In this document: positions 10,399-21,738 of the stretch, piece by piece
Numbering within the stretch: position 1 is the stretch's first letter
Layout: every line of letters starts with the position of its first letter
NCBI GenBank assembly: GCA_965657355.1
Contig: CBFHOE010000002.1
Coordinates: 32,001-96,000 of the forward strand
Direction of reading: 5' to 3'
Length of the DNA: 64,000 nt
Origin: Limisphaerales bacterium
GTDB taxonomy: Bacteria; Verrucomicrobiota; Verrucomicrobiia; Limisphaerales; JAJOIW01
Notes under the pieces: model-generated
The model's input: only the letters and a program-made list of their open reading frames with translations
The model's database searches: none
What the model was told of the DNA's origin: nothing
Program-made: the position numbers and the translations under genes

Positions 10399-10465
10399 AA
10401 AAGTGATATAGATATGAGTTTTCTACTCACTCATGAACACCTATTAAGAGACAAAAGAAGTTGAT

Positions 10466-11716
10466 ATGAATCAATCCAGGTTTTTAAAATACGAAATTTC
10501 AAAGAGAATTAGGAAACAATTCGGAAGCCCAGTTTATGTCTATGATGAAAAAACCATAAAAAGCAATGCCCAAGCCGCGCTAAATTTTCCAAATTCTTTT
10601 GGTCTCACTGTTAGGTATGCCATGAAGGCAAGCCCCAACGCATCACTACTTAGAAGATTTAAAGCACTTGGAGTAAATATAGATGCTTCATCAGGTTTTG
10701 AAGTTCTGCGAGCTTTTCGGGCTGGCTATTCTGGTGAGGAAATATCCTTGAGCTCACAGGAATGGTATGATGATTTTCAATTAATTCATGACAAGGGCAT
10801 TAAGTTCAACGCCTGCTCATTATCGCAGCTTGAGAATTTTGGTCAGTTAAACCCAGAGGGAACTTTAGGAATACGTTTCAACCCAGGCCAAGGCTCCGGT
10901 GGAACAGGAAAAACGAATGTGGGTGGGCCTGATTCAAGCTTTGGTATTTGGTATGAGTTGATGCCAGAAGTGCTGAGGATAGTCTCGAAATATAACCTGA
11001 AGGTTGAAAGAATTCATACACACATAGGTTCGGGCAGTGATCCAGAAGTATGGCAAAAGGTCTCGAAATTAAGCATTGATATTATCCGTAAATTTCCAGA
11101 TGCCAAGATTCTCAATTTGGGTGGAGGATTTAAAATTGGACGTATGCCAGATGAGACAACCACAGATCTTCAGGTCGTTGGGAAGCCTGTGGCAGAGGCC
11201 TTTCTCGCCTTTGAGAAAGAAACAGGCAGAAAATTACACCTCGAGATCGAACCCGGGACTTGGTTAATAGGAAATGCATGTAGCATTCTTGCGACAGTGA
11301 AGGACATAGTCTCTACTGGTGAATCCGGTCATAAATTTATCAAAACCGACACGGGCATGACGGAAATACTTCGACCTTCACTTTACGCGGCGCAGCACCC
11401 GATTCACGTATTAAAATCAGGCGAGAAAGAGACGGAAAATTACATAGTTGTCGGCCACTGTTGCGAATCAGGGGATTTACTCACTCCTTCTCACTCAGAC
11501 CCTGAAAAATTGCAGGAGAGAGAACTGCTCAAAGCTAACATCGGAGATCTGTTGGTCATAGACGGAGCGGGCGCATACTGTTCTTCAATGAGTGCAAAAA
11601 ATTATAATACTTACCCCGAGGCAGCAGAAGTCATTCTGCTGGAAAACGGAGACACAGAGTTAATTCGTAAAAGGCAAACATTAGACCAAATTCTTCAAAA
11701 TGAGGTTCAAGCTTAA
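10466..11716 (+). CDS. lysA: Diaminopimelate decarboxylase
   Basis: YAMKA (PLP lysine), HTHIGS, NLGGG, IEPG, CESGD, GAY motifs. Confidence 0.9.
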   Translation: MNQSRFLKYEISKRIRKQFGSPVYVYDEKTIKSNAQAALNFPNSFGLTVRYAMKASPNASLLRRFKALGVNIDASSGFEVLRAFRAGYSGEEISLSSQEWYDDFQLIHDKGIKFNACSLSQLENFGQLNPEGTLGIRFNPGQGSGGTGKTNVGGPDSSFGIWYELMPEVLRIVSKYNLKVERIHTHIGSGSDPEVWQKVSKLSIDIIRKFPDAKILNLGGGFKIGRMPDETTTDLQVVGKPVAEAFLAFEKETGRKLHLEIEPGTWLIGNACSILATVKDIVSTGESGHKFIKTDTGMTEILRPSLYAAQHPIHVLKSGEKETENYIVVGHCCESGDLLTPSHSDPEKLQERELLKANIGDLLVIDGAGAYCSSMSAKNYNTYPEAAEVILLENGDTELIRKRQTLDQILQNEVQA

Positions 11717-11771
11717 TGCCTTGATTACCTTTTATTAGCCATGGCTCTATTAGTGGATGAAATACCAGTTT

Positions 11772-13175
11772 CTAAAAGTCTGGCCTTAATTTTTTCTCAC
11801 CAGATTCAAAATCAAACGGTAGGAAATCTGGAAATATTTGAGTCCCGGTCGACAAAGTGATTGGGACAGGAAATTCTTCATCCTCGAATGTAAATTCAAT
11901 TATGCAGGCTTTCCATCCTTCGCTTGGGATTTTTATTTGAGTAGAATAATGACCTTTTAGGTCAGGCGTAAGTATTTTTGGCTTCCAAATTTTCCCCACT
12001 GATTCAACTCGAAAATCTCGAGCCTTTTCATTGAAAGCCGTCCAAAGAGTTACCTTGGTTGGTTGAACATTGGACCATGCCGATAAATGCCCACTTGTTT
12101 TGGCTTCCCAACGCACACTTGGAAACTCCTTATCATGAGCAATTGCATAATGAAACGAAATTATTGAATCTAAAGAATCTGAACCTTTCAAAGAATGGTC
12201 AGCATTTGGGACATAACGCAAATAACTACGCCCACTCAATTGTGTATAATAAAACCTCCATGAATCGGGAAGAAAATATTCGTCACCAGAAGCGTTGATT
12301 ATATATTTTGGCATAGTCAACCTGTCTCTTAGTTCATAAGGCTCTATTAATTGCAGAAGGGAGTTAAATTCTTTGGACCCTCTCCAACTCATGATTGAGC
12401 TTCTTGCATAATCACCAATAGCTGGTGCATAAAAGCCATATGCTGACCAGTGGTGCTCCATGGAGTCCAACAGATTGAGCATATCTATGACAATTGGAAT
12501 GATCCCTTTCACTCTTTTATCTACAGCCGCCGTGACCCACGTTGTCCAACCTCTCTTAGAGGCACCGGAAACGACGAAATTTTGTACTGATTGAATTGAA
12601 TCCGGCAGATTATTATTCACGAGATCCTGAATAGCATCCATTGCCTTGACTGCGGACTTTACCATCGGTAATCGCGGCAACCATTTTGGGTCAAGAGTTT
12701 TCAGGTAATTGTTCCAGGCGTATGCAATCAAAGCGTCCTCATAGAGGTCGCCAGATTTATTCTCGAATACCAAGGGTTGATTTGGCACCTGTTTTAAACG
12801 TGAAACAACAGTCTTTGACAATCGTGATATTTTTAGGAAATCGTCAATGTTGCTATCTTGACTTTGTTGTTTATTACTTCCACCGGTGATGAATAAGAAT
12901 CCGGTTTCCGATTCAATAATATCAGGAATTATGACAGTCAGCCAATGATCCCATTGGACACGATCAACCAGCCCCTCCGCCAACCAAAACTGAGAGGTCA
13001 ATTTTAATTCGTAAACAGAAACATCATCAAACCTCTGAACTTTGATCACGTCATAATGAAAAGCCCCGTCGTCATTATGAACATACCTATCAAGGGCAGT
13101 TTCCTCGGATGATTTTGCTGCGTAAATTGGATTAAGTAATCCCAAAAAAGTTATGACAAATAGTAGATATCTCAT
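11772..13175 (-). CDS. Secreted PqaA family (PhoPQ-activated pathogenicity-related) alpha/beta hydrolase
   Basis: Signal peptide, QVPNQPL, EDALIAYAW, RLPMVKS, SGASKRGWTTW nucleophile elbow, GDEYFLPD, PNADH. Confidence 0.88.
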   Translation of the reverse strand: MRYLLFVITFLGLLNPIYAAKSSEETALDRYVHNDDGAFHYDVIKVQRFDDVSVYELKLTSQFWLAEGLVDRVQWDHWLTVIIPDIIESETGFLFITGGSNKQQSQDSNIDDFLKISRLSKTVVSRLKQVPNQPLVFENKSGDLYEDALIAYAWNNYLKTLDPKWLPRLPMVKSAVKAMDAIQDLVNNNLPDSIQSVQNFVVSGASKRGWTTWVTAAVDKRVKGIIPIVIDMLNLLDSMEHHWSAYGFYAPAIGDYARSSIMSWRGSKEFNSLLQLIEPYELRDRLTMPKYIINASGDEYFLPDSWRFYYTQLSGRSYLRYVPNADHSLKGSDSLDSIISFHYAIAHDKEFPSVRWEAKTSGHLSAWSNVQPTKVTLWTAFNEKARDFRVESVGKIWKPKILTPDLKGHYSTQIKIPSEGWKACIIEFTFEDEEFPVPITLSTGTQIFPDFLPFDFESGEKKLRPDF

Positions 13176-13207
13176 TAAGGTTTGTAGGAGTCAGGTTTGG
13201 TAATTTG

Positions 13208-14068
13208 TTATTTATCGGAAAAAAATAAATGAAAGGCTCCTAGTCTGTCAGTGTTTATAAGGTCTACACCGTGATCAGTCAAAACCTCCCAGACTTCGGG
13301 CTTATCTGGTATATTCCAGAATCTTAATTTTGCCCCTAGGTTGTGGGTGGCGGCGGCAAAGCTCTTCAGCTTTTTTGACTCTGATTCAGAAAATAAGCCT
13401 TGTCCATTCCATTTGAAATGATTTGCCCAATTATCACTCACCCAAGCAACGTGTGGCCCTGAAAAATCATTTTTTTCTATATCTTTAATACGAGCATCAA
13501 AGGCAGCAAGCGATGGCTTGAGGTTAGCAATGAGTTGTGGATTTCTATTTCCGGAAATAACAATTGATACCGGATTGAGCTCTCCTGCTTTAGTTTTTAT
13601 TTTTGAGTAGTCTGTGAGAAATGATTTGTATTCCAAAAGTTTCTTGTGGAGCATTTTATAGGTCGAAGATCCTTCTGATTTAATATCAATCATAAGCCAA
13701 AAGGTTTCATCTCTATGAGCAAAATCGAATCTGGGATCAGAAATAATTTTCTTCAGTGGTTCTAAATAAAGAGCTGATAGTGATCGACCAGCTTGGACCT
13801 TATCTAAATCATGGGCAACTAGTAGCTCATTCCCAACTAAATAAACATCTGCCTCCACACTATTAAAGCCATTCTCCAAAGCATCAAGCAAAGGCCGAGG
13901 GTTCTCATAATCATTGTGTGAATGAGCAAATGCAAAGAAATTTGATTTCAATTCATCTCCCCTGTTCGGTAAAGCAGTCGAGAAGACAAATATTGCTAAA
14001 AATAGATTAAGCAAACGGTGCACGGTGCCTTTTATGTTTGATTTCATACACTTATTATTTACCAGCAA
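13208..14068 (-). CDS. Secreted PI-PLC/glycerophosphodiesterase-like protein (AIM6-like)
   Basis: AHSHNDY, SVEADV, LLVAHD, LYLEPL, IDIKS, LRFW, DLINTD. Alternative ATG at 14047. Confidence 0.82.
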   Translation of the reverse strand: MLVNNKCMKSNIKGTVHRLLNLFLAIFVFSTALPNRGDELKSNFFAFAHSHNDYENPRPLLDALENGFNSVEADVYLVGNELLVAHDLDKVQAGRSLSALYLEPLKKIISDPRFDFAHRDETFWLMIDIKSEGSSTYKMLHKKLLEYKSFLTDYSKIKTKAGELNPVSIVISGNRNPQLIANLKPSLAAFDARIKDIEKNDFSGPHVAWVSDNWANHFKWNGQGLFSESESKKLKSFAAATHNLGAKLRFWNIPDKPEVWEVLTDHGVDLINTDRLGAFHLFFSDK

Positions 14069-14086
14069 TTATCGCTGAAAAACATT

Positions 14087-16756
14087 CTAGATACTAATGC
14101 CAAATAGTAACTTAAAACGCTTGTTTATCGATTCCATTTCAGACTCAGAGCCTAAAAGTGTTGCAATTTTATACGCTGAGATTCCGGCTTTCTTGATCCA
14201 ATAAACATTCACGGATCCGGGTGAAGCGTAAAAAATTTTTCTATAATGGGAAGATGCTTTTTTTTGTAAGTTTCGTCTTTCACTACCATCAGCCATAATA
14301 GCACGTCTTTCCTCAATAATCGCCAGGCCATATCTAGCTTCCGCCTTGAGAGAATTACTGGCATCTCCCGAAGTCAGAATTTTATTAAAATGTGATTCAG
14401 CTTTTGAAAGTCTAAATTTACTTTTATCGGGTTGATTTGTATCCACATTTCGGATTAACAACCTCGCCGCGAAAGCTCTAACTTCTGCTATATTTTCACC
14501 ATCACCATAAATATTTAGAAGATCCGAGAGGACTCCATAAGAGGTCATAAAAGCATTTTCCCCAAGCTCAGGGTTATTTAAGTGAACTTCAGCTAAACTA
14601 AGATATGCTCTAATGACGGCATCACTTTGAATGGCTTCTTTATTGCTTTTCAAATCGCCTTCTATTTCGGAGATCATCTTGGTAAGTATACTCGTTGCTT
14701 GGGTATGATTCCCCAGCCTTGAATAACAAATACTTTTCTTAATTTTTGACTCCTCTATCAAACGCATATCTGTGTTATGAGTGGCTTTGATTATCACATC
14801 AAAATTTCTCAGAGCATTTTCATAATCAGCTTCGTCATAGAAATATTGCGCTATCCAGAAATGAATTTCCAACGATTTTGGGTGGTCTGGAAATTTTGAA
14901 ATAAATTGATTAAATCGATGCATCGCTTCTTCTCTTCCTTGTGTCTGCAATGTCAGATAGCAAAGTTGGTACATCACATCTGGAAGATGGCGGTGCTGGG
15001 AAAACCTTGAAATCCAATCTTCAGCTTTTGTGACGGCTAATTCCCATTCCATCTTATTAGATAGAGCATAAATGATATTTTCTTGCAATAAACCCGACAT
15101 TAGATTCGATGATGAAAAACCTAAAGCCTCGTTGAGAAGATTGATCGCCTGGTCTGGATCTTCCAGCTCTACTAAAGCCTGTGAGTAATTTAATAGGGCT
15201 TCAATCGAGGATTCATGGTCCGGGCTATTTTTTATCATATCAATCACAATATCTCGTGCTCTTCCTAGGCGCTTATCTCCAATAAAGCATTTCACATTCG
15301 CTAACTTTAAACGACCTAGTAATTGCCTGTCATTATAACCATACTTAACAAATAATTGTTCAGCAGAGGTGAAGCTACCAATGGCTTCATCATATAAATT
15401 GAGTGAAAGATGAATCTCGCCAACTTTTACGAGCGCCTCTAATTGGTTTTTTCCTGGTGGAAAAAGAGAAAATGCGGCTTCAAACTCTTCTCTTGCTGGT
15501 ATGAGCTTACCACTCACCAAGAGGCACCAGCCAAGTTGGAAACGTGCATAACCACCTAAATCCGATTTTGGAATCAGGTTGATAACGCTTTCTGATGTTG
15601 ACTGAGCGATTTTTAATGTATTGAGGGCCTCTAATGAATCCCCTGAGTCTTTTAGAACTAGATATTTTCTAAAATAAATTTGGGCCTTTGTAAAAATCAC
15701 CCAACCTTCATATTGAGTGTCGGATTGGCTTCCTGAATATTGCTCAAGCCATGTTAAAGCCTGCTCAAACTTATTTTCACTCAGAAATGTTTGAGCTATA
15801 TTTAATAATGCCTCACCTCTTATATCTGGAGCAACAGTGACTTTTATTAATGGGATTAAGCACTCCCTTGCCTTTTTATATTCCTTCAAAATCAACCAAG
15901 CTTTACTTTGGGCTAGAGCAGTTTTCCAGATCGCCTCAGAATTCCCAGTCGCTTTTGCTAATTGCTGAATGGCCTCAATTTTTTCATTCCACTTCAATCC
16001 TTTTTTATTTTCTTGGGTTTCCATAGCCGCAGTGAATTGCAAATATCTAATGGACCATAATTGAAATGGGGTCAGTCTGAAATTACTGATTTGATTAGCT
16101 AAATTAGTTAATTTCTCATACTGAGCCGACAGGTTCATAGCCTCAGCCTGGATCAAATTAAGTTCTAAAAATTGACCTGGATTTTGGGTATACAAATCAG
16201 TCAGAAACTTTTTTTGTTGTTCACTGGAAAACCACTTTTCGATAGATGCAAAATCACCATTGGCGAGCAATAAAGAAAGATAGCTTTTAACGTCTTCAAA
16301 CTGAAACCCAAACCCCTCATCGAATCGTTTATTGAATAACTCCTCAAAAGCAGCTATGGCTTCGGGTAGACTCTCTCGCCGGGTTTGCACTGCAATAAGG
16401 CATTCATAAAATTCAAATGGAATTTTATATCCAGATGATTTTATTTTTAGCAAAGTATTGAGGGTCTCAGCATCGTCACCTGACTTAAAAAGAGCATGTG
16501 AAAAAATGATCATGGAATTCACCCAAACAGTTTGATCAACTTTTTCGGGGTTTCTTAATTCATTAGATTCCTTAAACCAATCGACAACATCAGAATAGAA
16601 ACCATCCTCTACAGCTTTGGATGCAGATTTGGATAGCTCTTTTAACCGGTTATTAGCTTGCTGATCAAAGACCTGTTCTTGGCTTGGTAGTGTGACTGGG
16701 GTGAGAATTAATACCCCCAAGATGAGGATCAGCAATTTATTTATAATTTCAGACAT
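14087..16756 (-). CDS. Large exported tetratricopeptide-repeat protein
   Basis: Signal peptide and repeated TPR-like helices (ARFQLGWCLL, FISKFPDHPKS, FWIAQYFYDEADYENA). Confidence 0.8.
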   Translation of the reverse strand: MSEIINKLLILILGVLILTPVTLPSQEQVFDQQANNRLKELSKSASKAVEDGFYSDVVDWFKESNELRNPEKVDQTVWVNSMIIFSHALFKSGDDAETLNTLLKIKSSGYKIPFEFYECLIAVQTRRESLPEAIAAFEELFNKRFDEGFGFQFEDVKSYLSLLLANGDFASIEKWFSSEQQKKFLTDLYTQNPGQFLELNLIQAEAMNLSAQYEKLTNLANQISNFRLTPFQLWSIRYLQFTAAMETQENKKGLKWNEKIEAIQQLAKATGNSEAIWKTALAQSKAWLILKEYKKARECLIPLIKVTVAPDIRGEALLNIAQTFLSENKFEQALTWLEQYSGSQSDTQYEGWVIFTKAQIYFRKYLVLKDSGDSLEALNTLKIAQSTSESVINLIPKSDLGGYARFQLGWCLLVSGKLIPAREEFEAAFSLFPPGKNQLEALVKVGEIHLSLNLYDEAIGSFTSAEQLFVKYGYNDRQLLGRLKLANVKCFIGDKRLGRARDIVIDMIKNSPDHESSIEALLNYSQALVELEDPDQAINLLNEALGFSSSNLMSGLLQENIIYALSNKMEWELAVTKAEDWISRFSQHRHLPDVMYQLCYLTLQTQGREEAMHRFNQFISKFPDHPKSLEIHFWIAQYFYDEADYENALRNFDVIIKATHNTDMRLIEESKIKKSICYSRLGNHTQATSILTKMISEIEGDLKSNKEAIQSDAVIRAYLSLAEVHLNNPELGENAFMTSYGVLSDLLNIYGDGENIAEVRAFAARLLIRNVDTNQPDKSKFRLSKAESHFNKILTSGDASNSLKAEARYGLAIIEERRAIMADGSERRNLQKKASSHYRKIFYASPGSVNVYWIKKAGISAYKIATLLGSESEMESINKRFKLLFGISI

Positions 16757-16879
16757 AATAGTGAAATTGGTGACATTTTAATTTGCCGGTTTTGGGGTGG
16801 CCTTCATGCAGCTGAATCCCGATGATGCGATTATAACCAAATGAACAACAAATCAAACAATCAATTTTACGCTAAAATA

Positions 16880-19837
16880 TCAAATAGGTTTGGTTGAACC
16901 TTTGGCTAGTATTTTTTTGAGATAAGAACCAGTGATACTTTCTGGTTGTCGAGAAACAAATTCAGGTGTCCCCTCTGCGACCACTTCACCACCTTTTGCG
17001 CCTCCATTCGGACCGAGATCAATGAGCCAATCAGCAGTTTTAATAACATCAAGGTTGTGCTCTATGACAAGAACAGTCCCCCCCGCCTCCCTTAATTTAA
17101 AGAAAACATCTAATAATGTTTCAACATCCCGAAAGTGAAGCCCTGTTGTGGGTTCGTCTAATATATAGAGGGTTGAGCCAACGGATTTTTTTTTCAATTC
17201 GGCTGCAAGTTTCATCCTTTGAGATTCACCCCCACTTAGTGTTGTTGCCGACTGTCCGAGTTGAAGATACCCAAGTCCGATGGAGCTCATAGTTTCACAG
17301 GTATTGAAAATCGACGGGAAGGACCTAAAAAAAGATATTGCCTCATCAATAGTCAAATCGAGAATGTCAGCAATATTCAAACCTTTATAATTAACTTCAA
17401 GAGTCTCTCGATTATATCTTTTGCCATTGCATTCTTCGCATTTAACAAATACTGGCGGTAAGAAATGCATTTCTACCTTAAGCGATCCATCCCCTTGGCA
17501 CCTTTCACATCGCCCCCCTTTATTATTAAAGGAAAAACGTCCAGGCCCGTATCCCCTTATTTTTGATGAGGGCAGCTTTGAAAACAAATCTCTTATTTCG
17601 GAGAAGATACCTGTGAATGTTGCTGGATTTGATCGAGGGGACTTTCCTATTGCCGTTTGATCAACGACGACAACTTTGTTTATGTGCTCCATGCCGGTGA
17701 TCTCGCGGTGCAAACCAACTTTCTGATTCGATTTATGGAAATATTTAAAAAGAGCTTTGCACAACACATCATTAATTAAGGTACTCTTTCCAGACCCACT
17801 GACCCCAGTGACACAAACAAACGCGCCCAGTGGAATCCTTATATCTATGTGCTTTAAGTTATTTTCATGAGCATCGAAAATATGAAGGGAGGGTCGCAAT
17901 CCTCGGCAAGGCATTCGATTTTTAGGAACTTCAATTCTACATTCACCCCTCAAATATTGAGCCGTTACCGAATCACGGCTCTTAAGCACTTGGCTTACTG
18001 GACCTGAAGCGACAATTTCACCACCCTTTTTACCTGGGCCTGGCCCGACATCGACCAAAAAGTCGGCACGCCTGATAGTGTCTTCATCATGCTCGACAAC
18101 GACAACTGAGTTCCCCTTATCCCTAAGGTCTTCAAGAGTTTTTAAAAGCCGATCATTATCTTTTTGATGGAGGCCAATACTGGGTTCATCAAGAATGTAA
18201 AGAACCCCGACTAAACCCGCTCCAATTTGTGTGGCTAATCTAATCCTCTGCGATTCCCCTCCACTGAGTGTGCCAAATTCTCTATCCAACCCCAAGTAAC
18301 CCAATCCGACATCAATTAAAAACTGTAATCGCAGTGTTATATCCTTAACGATATCCATGGCGACGTCTTTAATATTGGTTGGATATGAGATATTCTGAAA
18401 AAAATCAAAAGCTTCTTGAATAGTCAGTTTATTGACATCACAGATCGAGTATCCTGGCACTTTTTTATTCTGCGGCTTTTCCACAAACCCATGCCTGTTT
18501 ATCGTCACAGAAAGAATCTCAGGTTTTAATCGTCCACCGTGGCATGATGGGCATGTCTGAGGCCTCATGAATTTTTTTAATTTTCTCTTAGACGCCTCAC
18601 TTTCAGAGCTATTGAGTTTTTCACTTAATACCGGGATGACACCTTTAAATATGAGTTTTGACTTTGATCGAATTTTGGATCCGCCAGTCTTGTCTTTTAT
18701 AAATTGAGAAAGGTCGATGCCTTCGTCTGAATTGGAATCCCCGTAAAGAAGAAAGTCAATTTGAGTTTGGGAAAGCGCTGAAATTGTAGTCCGCTCATCG
18801 ACATTGAGGTAGTTGTAAATAGCACCAGCCAGATTATTGTAATACTGCTGCATTGCTTTCCCTGATTCTTTCCAAGGTATAACAGCCCCATCAAGAACCG
18901 ATTTATTTTTAGATGGGATAATGAGTTCTGGGTCGAAAGTTGGAATAGAGCCTAATCCCTGGCAGACTTCACAGGCTCCGAGAGGCGAATTAAAAGAGAA
19001 GTGCCGGGGCGATGGTAATTCAAATTGTTTTTGAGTAACCGGACTAACTAAGTTTAAAGAATAGTTTTTTAAATTCCAAACATTTCGATTTTCTGATCCC
19101 TTATTTTGGGTGAGCGCATAAATATACGAATCACCCAAGCGGAGAGCTGTCTCTACCGAATCCCCAAGCCTTGCTCGGTGTTTATCTCTGATGACAAGTC
19201 TGTCTACAACTATTTCAATTTGGTGTTTTTTCCTAGGGTCCAGTTTTGGTCTCGCGCTTTTTTCTGTAATCTCATAGATTTCACCATCAATTCTTGCTCT
19301 GATGAACCCTTCTCGACTCATCCTTTCCATGACGTCTTTGAATTCCCCTTTTTGGTTTTTAACAACCGGTGCAAGCAATATCAGCCGGGTATCTTCTGGA
19401 AAGGAAAGAAGATCTTGAATAATGTCTGAGGTACTATAAGCCTTGATCGGGTGTCCAGAGTCCGGGCAATGCGGTTGACCCGCATGAGCAAAAAGTAATC
19501 TTAGATAATCATAAATTTCTGTTGTCGTTGAAATGGTTGATCTTGGATTTCCAATATTGTGGCGTTGCTCAATAGCTATAGCAGGTGAAAGGCCTTCTAT
19601 GTAATCCACATCGGGCTTTTGGAGCTGGTTTAGAAATTGTCGGGCATAAGAAGAAATAGATTCAACGTATTTCCTTTGGCCCTCCGCAAAAAGAGTGTCA
19701 AATGCCAAAGAGGATTTACCTGATCCAGAGACCCCGGTAAAAACGACTAGCTGATTGCGAGGTATGGAAAGACTTATGTTTTTTAGATTATGCTCCCTCG
19801 CTCCTTGGATTCGAATATTTGCTGGCTCTCCTGACAT
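16880..19837 (-). CDS. uvrA: Excinuclease ABC subunit A
   Basis: GAREHNLKN, two GVSGSGKS Walker A motifs, two LSGGESQR signatures, C-terminal CERC/CEEC zinc finger. Confidence 0.99.
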   Translation of the reverse strand: MSGEPANIRIQGAREHNLKNISLSIPRNQLVVFTGVSGSGKSSLAFDTLFAEGQRKYVESISSYARQFLNQLQKPDVDYIEGLSPAIAIEQRHNIGNPRSTISTTTEIYDYLRLLFAHAGQPHCPDSGHPIKAYSTSDIIQDLLSFPEDTRLILLAPVVKNQKGEFKDVMERMSREGFIRARIDGEIYEITEKSARPKLDPRKKHQIEIVVDRLVIRDKHRARLGDSVETALRLGDSYIYALTQNKGSENRNVWNLKNYSLNLVSPVTQKQFELPSPRHFSFNSPLGACEVCQGLGSIPTFDPELIIPSKNKSVLDGAVIPWKESGKAMQQYYNNLAGAIYNYLNVDERTTISALSQTQIDFLLYGDSNSDEGIDLSQFIKDKTGGSKIRSKSKLIFKGVIPVLSEKLNSSESEASKRKLKKFMRPQTCPSCHGGRLKPEILSVTINRHGFVEKPQNKKVPGYSICDVNKLTIQEAFDFFQNISYPTNIKDVAMDIVKDITLRLQFLIDVGLGYLGLDREFGTLSGGESQRIRLATQIGAGLVGVLYILDEPSIGLHQKDNDRLLKTLEDLRDKGNSVVVVEHDEDTIRRADFLVDVGPGPGKKGGEIVASGPVSQVLKSRDSVTAQYLRGECRIEVPKNRMPCRGLRPSLHIFDAHENNLKHIDIRIPLGAFVCVTGVSGSGKSTLINDVLCKALFKYFHKSNQKVGLHREITGMEHINKVVVVDQTAIGKSPRSNPATFTGIFSEIRDLFSKLPSSKIRGYGPGRFSFNNKGGRCERCQGDGSLKVEMHFLPPVFVKCEECNGKRYNRETLEVNYKGLNIADILDLTIDEAISFFRSFPSIFNTCETMSSIGLGYLQLGQSATTLSGGESQRMKLAAELKKKSVGSTLYILDEPTTGLHFRDVETLLDVFFKLREAGGTVLVIEHNLDVIKTADWLIDLGPNGGAKGGEVVAEGTPEFVSRQPESITGSYLKKILAKGSTKPI

Positions 19838-19960
19838 TTATAATTAGCATTGATTTTGTTTTTCTCCGGCATGTTGATTGATGGTTTGGTGCTTAGCTGG
19901 AGGAGACGGGTAAGTCAAAAAAACAAGCCCTCCTTTATTAAACAATAAGGGGATGCGTTT

Positions 19961-21595
19961 TTAAAGTTTCTCCGATTTGTTAGATGAGGAATTGTCTGGC
20001 ACAGGTAATCGCACAAGTGCCATATTTCTATGGTTTCTCATGAGAACATAGTTACCAACGACAGCTGGAGGATTCCAGGTTTTGGATTTAAAAACTTCGA
20101 ACTTGGCTTTTTCAACTGGTTCTTTGCCTGAGATATCCAGCAAAACAAGAGCTCCCTTCTCTGTTTGAATCAATAGGTCCTTTTTTGAAATTAAAAGAAA
20201 TTGTCCATGCCCATATCGTTCTCCTTGAAATAATCTTTTCCCAGAGCTAGCTTCAAAACCTGCAAAGACACCATCATTCAATGCTAAAACTAAATCGGGA
20301 TTGCTTGGAGGGATTAACAGAGGTGCAAACTTTGATCTCAACCTTTTGGTTTTCCAAATCCTTTTGATTTTATAATCACTACCACCATTCGATTCGTCTG
20401 CGAAGATAGAGTAGGAGGAGGCTCCTACACTGTAACCAGATGAAACGATGAGGTGATCATCTTTTGATAGGATGGGAATGGAAACCTGTGGAAATCCAAG
20501 CCCCCAAGGAATATCTAAAATCAATTTCCCACTCAGAGGGTCGCGAATTTCAACAGACTCAGCATCCAAGTGTATTAAATAATCTTTGCCATTGATTTGT
20601 TTTATCGCGGGACTGCTCCATGAGACATTCTTATTTCCGACCTGCCAAATGACATCACCTGAAGCGGGGTTGAGGGCTACCAAGGTCGCAGACGCTTGTC
20701 CTCCGCCTGGAGCTATAATAATTCTGTCTTTATAAACCATAGGCGATCCAGCAAACCCCCATTCAGGAATTTTCGCTCCAAATTTTTCCTTACTATCAAA
20801 TTGAAAGATAATTTTTTCGGTAGTCAGATCGACGCAGGTAAAAATACCTGTTCCCCCAAGAAAATATACTTTTTGATCATAAATAAGAGGCGTAGCTCGG
20901 GAGCCTATCCCTCCTAACCCTGCGTCTAGCCTTGATTGGTAACTATGCGACCAAAGAATTTCACCAGTATAAAAATTGATACAGAAGACCGATTCGTTCT
21001 CTGGGTTTTCTGTGTCCTGGGCAATGCTGAAAGCTTTTTCATCCTGAATTACAAACCCAGAAAAACTCTCACCAACTGGTTTGATCCAGATAACTTCTGG
21101 TGCCTTTGCGACCCAGGAAGTTGAGATAGGAGGAATATTTGTCAATATGCAATTTCTATTTGGGCCCTGGAATTGAGGGAAGATCCAATTTGAAGTTAAT
21201 ACTGATGTATTTTCCTCTGGTTTGGTTTCGCGGGTTGTTTGGGTGGAATCGACCCAACGAGGGGAAAATTTAGGAATCATATCACCATCCATCTCAGTGA
21301 AACGAAATAGACCAACGAACGCTAATAGACAAAAAATAGTTCCCAGTATAAATGTTCGTAAAAATTTGTAGCCACCAAGAATTGAGAAGAAAACGACTCC
21401 TATCCAGAGTAAGATGCCGCAGATTAAACCACCCAAAAATTCAAATTGGTTTCCGAGGTAAGGGACCCACTCCTGATCTTCGTAAATGAAGGCAAAAAAG
21501 AGACCTAAAAGGACCAAAATGATACAGTAGGAGAAGAAAACAAACTTAAAAACACCATTTTTTGCCAAGGATTTTCGTGGATCTGTCGAATTCAT
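19961..21595 (-). CDS. Membrane-anchored PQQ-like beta-propeller protein (BamB-like repeats)
   Basis: Three N-terminal TM segments, FPQFQGPNRN, GSRATP, WGFAGSP, SWSSP, KTWNPPA: typical PVC PQQ-repeat family. ATG 21595 preferred over TTG 21655. Confidence 0.85.
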   Translation of the reverse strand: MNSTDPRKSLAKNGVFKFVFFSYCIILVLLGLFFAFIYEDQEWVPYLGNQFEFLGGLICGILLWIGVVFFSILGGYKFLRTFILGTIFCLLAFVGLFRFTEMDGDMIPKFSPRWVDSTQTTRETKPEENTSVLTSNWIFPQFQGPNRNCILTNIPPISTSWVAKAPEVIWIKPVGESFSGFVIQDEKAFSIAQDTENPENESVFCINFYTGEILWSHSYQSRLDAGLGGIGSRATPLIYDQKVYFLGGTGIFTCVDLTTEKIIFQFDSKEKFGAKIPEWGFAGSPMVYKDRIIIAPGGGQASATLVALNPASGDVIWQVGNKNVSWSSPAIKQINGKDYLIHLDAESVEIRDPLSGKLILDIPWGLGFPQVSIPILSKDDHLIVSSGYSVGASSYSIFADESNGGSDYKIKRIWKTKRLRSKFAPLLIPPSNPDLVLALNDGVFAGFEASSGKRLFQGERYGHGQFLLISKKDLLIQTEKGALVLLDISGKEPVEKAKFEVFKSKTWNPPAVVGNYVLMRNHRNMALVRLPVPDNSSSNKSEKL

Positions 21596-21738
21596 ATCAA
21601 AATTGTATCTAATGTGTCCAAAAACTATAGCGTTGTGGATTAAAATCAACAACAAGGCTCAAGGAATGAGCACATTACGACGAGTATTAGAGATGAAGGC
21701 ATCTTGAAATAAGATCATGAGCTGCCCAATTCTAGGTC

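Noticed and set aside
19838..19960. LexA box upstream of uvrA
   Set aside because: Neither the verrucomicrobial TGTTC-N4-GAACA nor the E. coli CTGT-N8-ACAG pattern is present.
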